Assembly: GCF_964355755.1 (NCBI RefSeq)
Contig: NC_092676.1
Span: 4,937,888-5,001,887, forward strand
From: Antedon mediterranea
Lineage: Eukaryota > Animalia > Echinodermata
DNA: 64,000 nt
Direction of reading: 5' to 3'
Part shown: in pieces, positions 61,113 to 64,000 of the stretch
Layout of the letters: each line of letters starts with the position of its first letter
Position numbering within the stretch: position 1 is the first letter of the stretch
The notes under the pieces: generated by a model
The model's input: the letters and a program-made list of their open reading frames with translations, nothing else
Told to the model about the DNA's origin: nothing
Databases searched by the model: none
Translations under genes and position numbers: made by a program

Positions 61113-63773
61113 GCTCCCATAATTGAGGATTTCACAATCCTTAAGCCAATAAGCAAAGGAGCATTCGGGTAAGATATAATGCACTTGTCAATTGTACGAC
61201 CCCCGGGAGAGGTGCGTCATTTGTCCGATGTGCGTCATACTTTTGAATACCATGACGCACCTGTGCGTCAAAAAGGTGACTTACCTTTAGGTGACCATGA
61301 CGCACCCATTTTGACGCACTGTGACCATGTTGTTTATGATATGGTGGGTGGTAAAGTGACGGACATTGACACACCTTGTTCATTGATGTGACGTACCATC
61401 TAGGTTTTTTGACGCACCCCTGTGTCAGTAATTATTTGTAAATGACGCACCCATGATGCACCTCTCCCGGGGGTCGTATAGTGGGTCATACAATTGACAA
61501 GTGCATAATAATGATAATAAATCAGGGAAAATTTTCATTTAAAAATTTTGTTTAGCAATATTGCTAATAAAACTGATTTTTAAGTCGAGAAACATAGTTT
61601 TGTATTGTATTTTTTGCTACACAATTTTCAAAATGTGTAGCAATGAGGTTGTTTTGTATAGCTTTTTGCTACGCTACACTGGCGAAAATGTTCTCTGTAA
61701 ATTGATATTATTGGCTACCGAATTAATTTGTAATTAAATCGATAAAACATACTTCTATTTGAGCTTTAAATTACTTTCTGGACACTATTCTGTGAGAACA
61801 GTATAGTTTTCCATGCACAGCATGGCTTTGTCATTGATCGAAGATGTCTTCCATTTTGTGAAAAACGCGTATTGAACAGACTCCCCAGTTAAGTATAAAT
61901 AACGAAATAAAGAAATAAATAAATAAACTTTAGTTTAATATAGTATTTTAAATAATTTTTGTTCTTATTGCAACAGCAAAGTGTTTTTAGGCAAACACAA
62001 AGATAAAGACCAATTGTACGCAATCAAAGTGATGCATAAACAAGAGATGATCCTAAAAAATATGGTAGGGCAAGCAAAAGCTGAGAGAGACGCCATGGCG
62101 TTATCTAAAAGCCCATTCGTTGTCCACATCTACTACTCCATACAGACAGACAAAAACATCTACCTGGTTAGTATTCATGTTGTTCATTAATAACCTAAAG
62201 CTGGGCTACCTTGTCAACTCAAATGAAAGAATAGTTGCGATAAGAGTGCTTATGTTGAACAATGTAACAGAACTGAAAGGAACCAGTGTGCGAGCGCTTA
62301 TGTCAGTTGAGTTCCGTGTCAACATAAGGCGGGATTTCCCTTAATAATAATAATATCCTGGATTTATATAGCGCCTAACGTTGTAAAACCTCTAAGCGCT
62401 GAACATTATTACCCCAGTCAAACACATGGAAACATACTCCCATAATGCAGCGAGTAATCATCATCGCAAAGTTGTGTCTTGATCTAACCGGGTTCCCATT
62501 TATACACCTTGGTGGAGAGAGGCAAACGTAAGTAAAGTATCTTGCCTAAGGATACAAGCAAAGCGCGAGTATTGGATTTGAACACATTGCGCCACACGCC
62601 CTTAATTGAATAAAATGTGGTATAGGAGAGGTTTAAGTCGTTTCCCTTTAAGCTTAAGTGTGATTATTGGTGAATGCGGTCACTGGTGTTCAATTAAATG
62701 TATCCAATTACAGATAAGAGGTCCTAATTTAAAATTTAAATGAAATATCGGGATACGTGTGCTCTTTTGAAGGTGATGGAATACATGATTGGGGGCGATG
62801 TCAAGTCTTTGATCCACATGTGCGGCTACTTTGATGAAGAAATGGCAGTCATGTACACTGCCGAGGTTTGTCTGGCACTAGAGTATCTACATAAAAGAGG
62901 AATCATTCATAGGTATTTATTTCAATCTAGCTTTGTTCTATTAGAACTTTTTTTCCTGAATTAGCATTGACTAATATTAATAATAATAATTTATTAAGCT
63001 ATGTCTACACTGTCAAACTTTATGTGACAAAAAAATGTGATGTGCCCATATATGGACATGATGATGTAAAATCACTACCATATTTAGGCAAATCACTACC
63101 ATATTTGGACACATCACACTTTTTTGTCAAACTAGTTTGATAGTGTAGACATAGCTTTTGTAACGGTAGTCTTGTCGAGGACCAACCCAATAATGATGGC
63201 ACAAATTTATTCAATGTACAAAATATAATATTTATTCAGTAATGCTCTGTCTACCCTATCAAACTAGTTTGACAAAAAAGTGTGATGTGCCCAAATATAG
63301 TAGTGATATGCTTAAATATGGTAGTGATATGACATCATCATGTCCATATATGGGCACGTCACATTTTTTTGTCACATAAAGTTTGATAGTGTAGACAAGG
63401 CTTAAGATTATAAAACAATGTGAAAATGTAGTGATTCCATGATGTTATAGTCTCAAGAATCAATACCCAAACTAACTAACTTAACTACAAAACATATTAA
63501 GGGGACAGGATGGATGTCTAATTAAATGGTACCACATACTGATTAACTTTCCTTGGAAGACCCACCTCAGGAATGTAGTGTTCCAAGTTAAGTAGGCATC
63601 GGGGAGAGTAAGGGGTGAATAGCCTGTGTGTGACTAAATAGGGTTTGGTCCCACCAGGTTACAACTTTATAATTTGTTTTTCAGAGACATAAAACCGGAT
63701 AACATGTTAATAAGCGCAACTGGTCACATAAAACTCACCGATTTTGGTTTATCCACTATAAACCTCCAAAGAA
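61113..63773 (+). CDS. MASTL: Serine/threonine kinase Greatwall (MASTL), N-terminal kinase exons; gene continues beyond the window
   Basis: Exons 61113-61168, 61977-62166, 62773-62912, 63685-63773 give [24 protein letters not shown]...YAIKVM...[19 protein letters not shown]...[17 protein letters not shown]...[28 protein letters not shown], the characteristic Greatwall sequence. The start exon is unresolved; ATG AAG|GTATTT at 57799-57804 is one candidate. Confidence 0.92.
61177..61508. mobile_element. MITE inserted about 8 nt after a MASTL splice donor
   Basis: TIR ATGCACTTGTCAATTGTA.GACCC; internal TGACGCAC repeats. Confidence 0.75.
62342..62600 (-). mobile_element. tRNA-derived SINE remnant with L2-like tail
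   Basis: On the minus strand: B-box-like GTTCAAATCC, a core (TGTATCCTTAGGCAAGATACTTTAC...GTGTATAAATGGGAACC), and a tail GGCGCTATATAAATCCAGGATATTATTATTA. Confidence 0.65.
62997..63402. mobile_element. Two MITE family A copies in opposite orientation (62997-63155, 63242-63402) in a MASTL intron
   Basis: TIRs and 21-bp internal repeats. Confidence 0.8.
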
Positions 63774-64000
63774 GTAAGTCAATGTAATTGTGTTATAAAA
63801 TTTGTATGCAAAGAAGACAGCATTTAATAACTAATAATAGTATGCCATACTTTTTTTCCATCTGGTGATTTTAAAAATGTCTCTAAAAAAGTTGTAGTAA
63901 GAAATGCGCTATTTTGACGGCTAGACAAGGAACATTCAATCCAGCCGAAAAACATTTCACTACAATACTCAGCCTTCTGTTATCATATTAGTTTTTCTTC

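Overview
AT-rich, intron-rich animal genomic DNA (marine invertebrate, echinoderm-like by inference; not prokaryotic). Four spliced protein-coding genes can be rebuilt by hand from GT-AG exons: (1) an atypical Rab-like small GTPase with an N-terminal acylation motif and a long C-terminal extension (minus, 635-5214, runs off the left edge); (2) Blimp1/PRDM1 with a PR domain and four C2H2 fingers (plus, 26061-31518, with a probable distal first exon at 14700-14762); (3) a complete 13-exon SLC5A/SGLT-type sodium:solute symporter (minus, 40470-52506); (4) the 5' kinase exons of Greatwall/MASTL (plus, 61113 to past the right edge). The rest is MITEs, foldback elements, a 5'-truncated L2/CR1-group LINE, SINE remnants and satellites. 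Most notable: a head-to-head pair of minimal hammerhead-ribozyme motifs just past the SLC5A stop codon; four Helentron-like elements nested inside one another (34342-39972) that mimic a tandem array; a triplicated splice acceptor in SLC5A that creates nonsense decoys; and internal evidence that the very common TAGGCCTA/TACTGTA words are insertions at TA (probable excision footprints). All calls come from reading the sequence by eye; no database searches were run, and coordinates of repeat ends may be off by a few bases.
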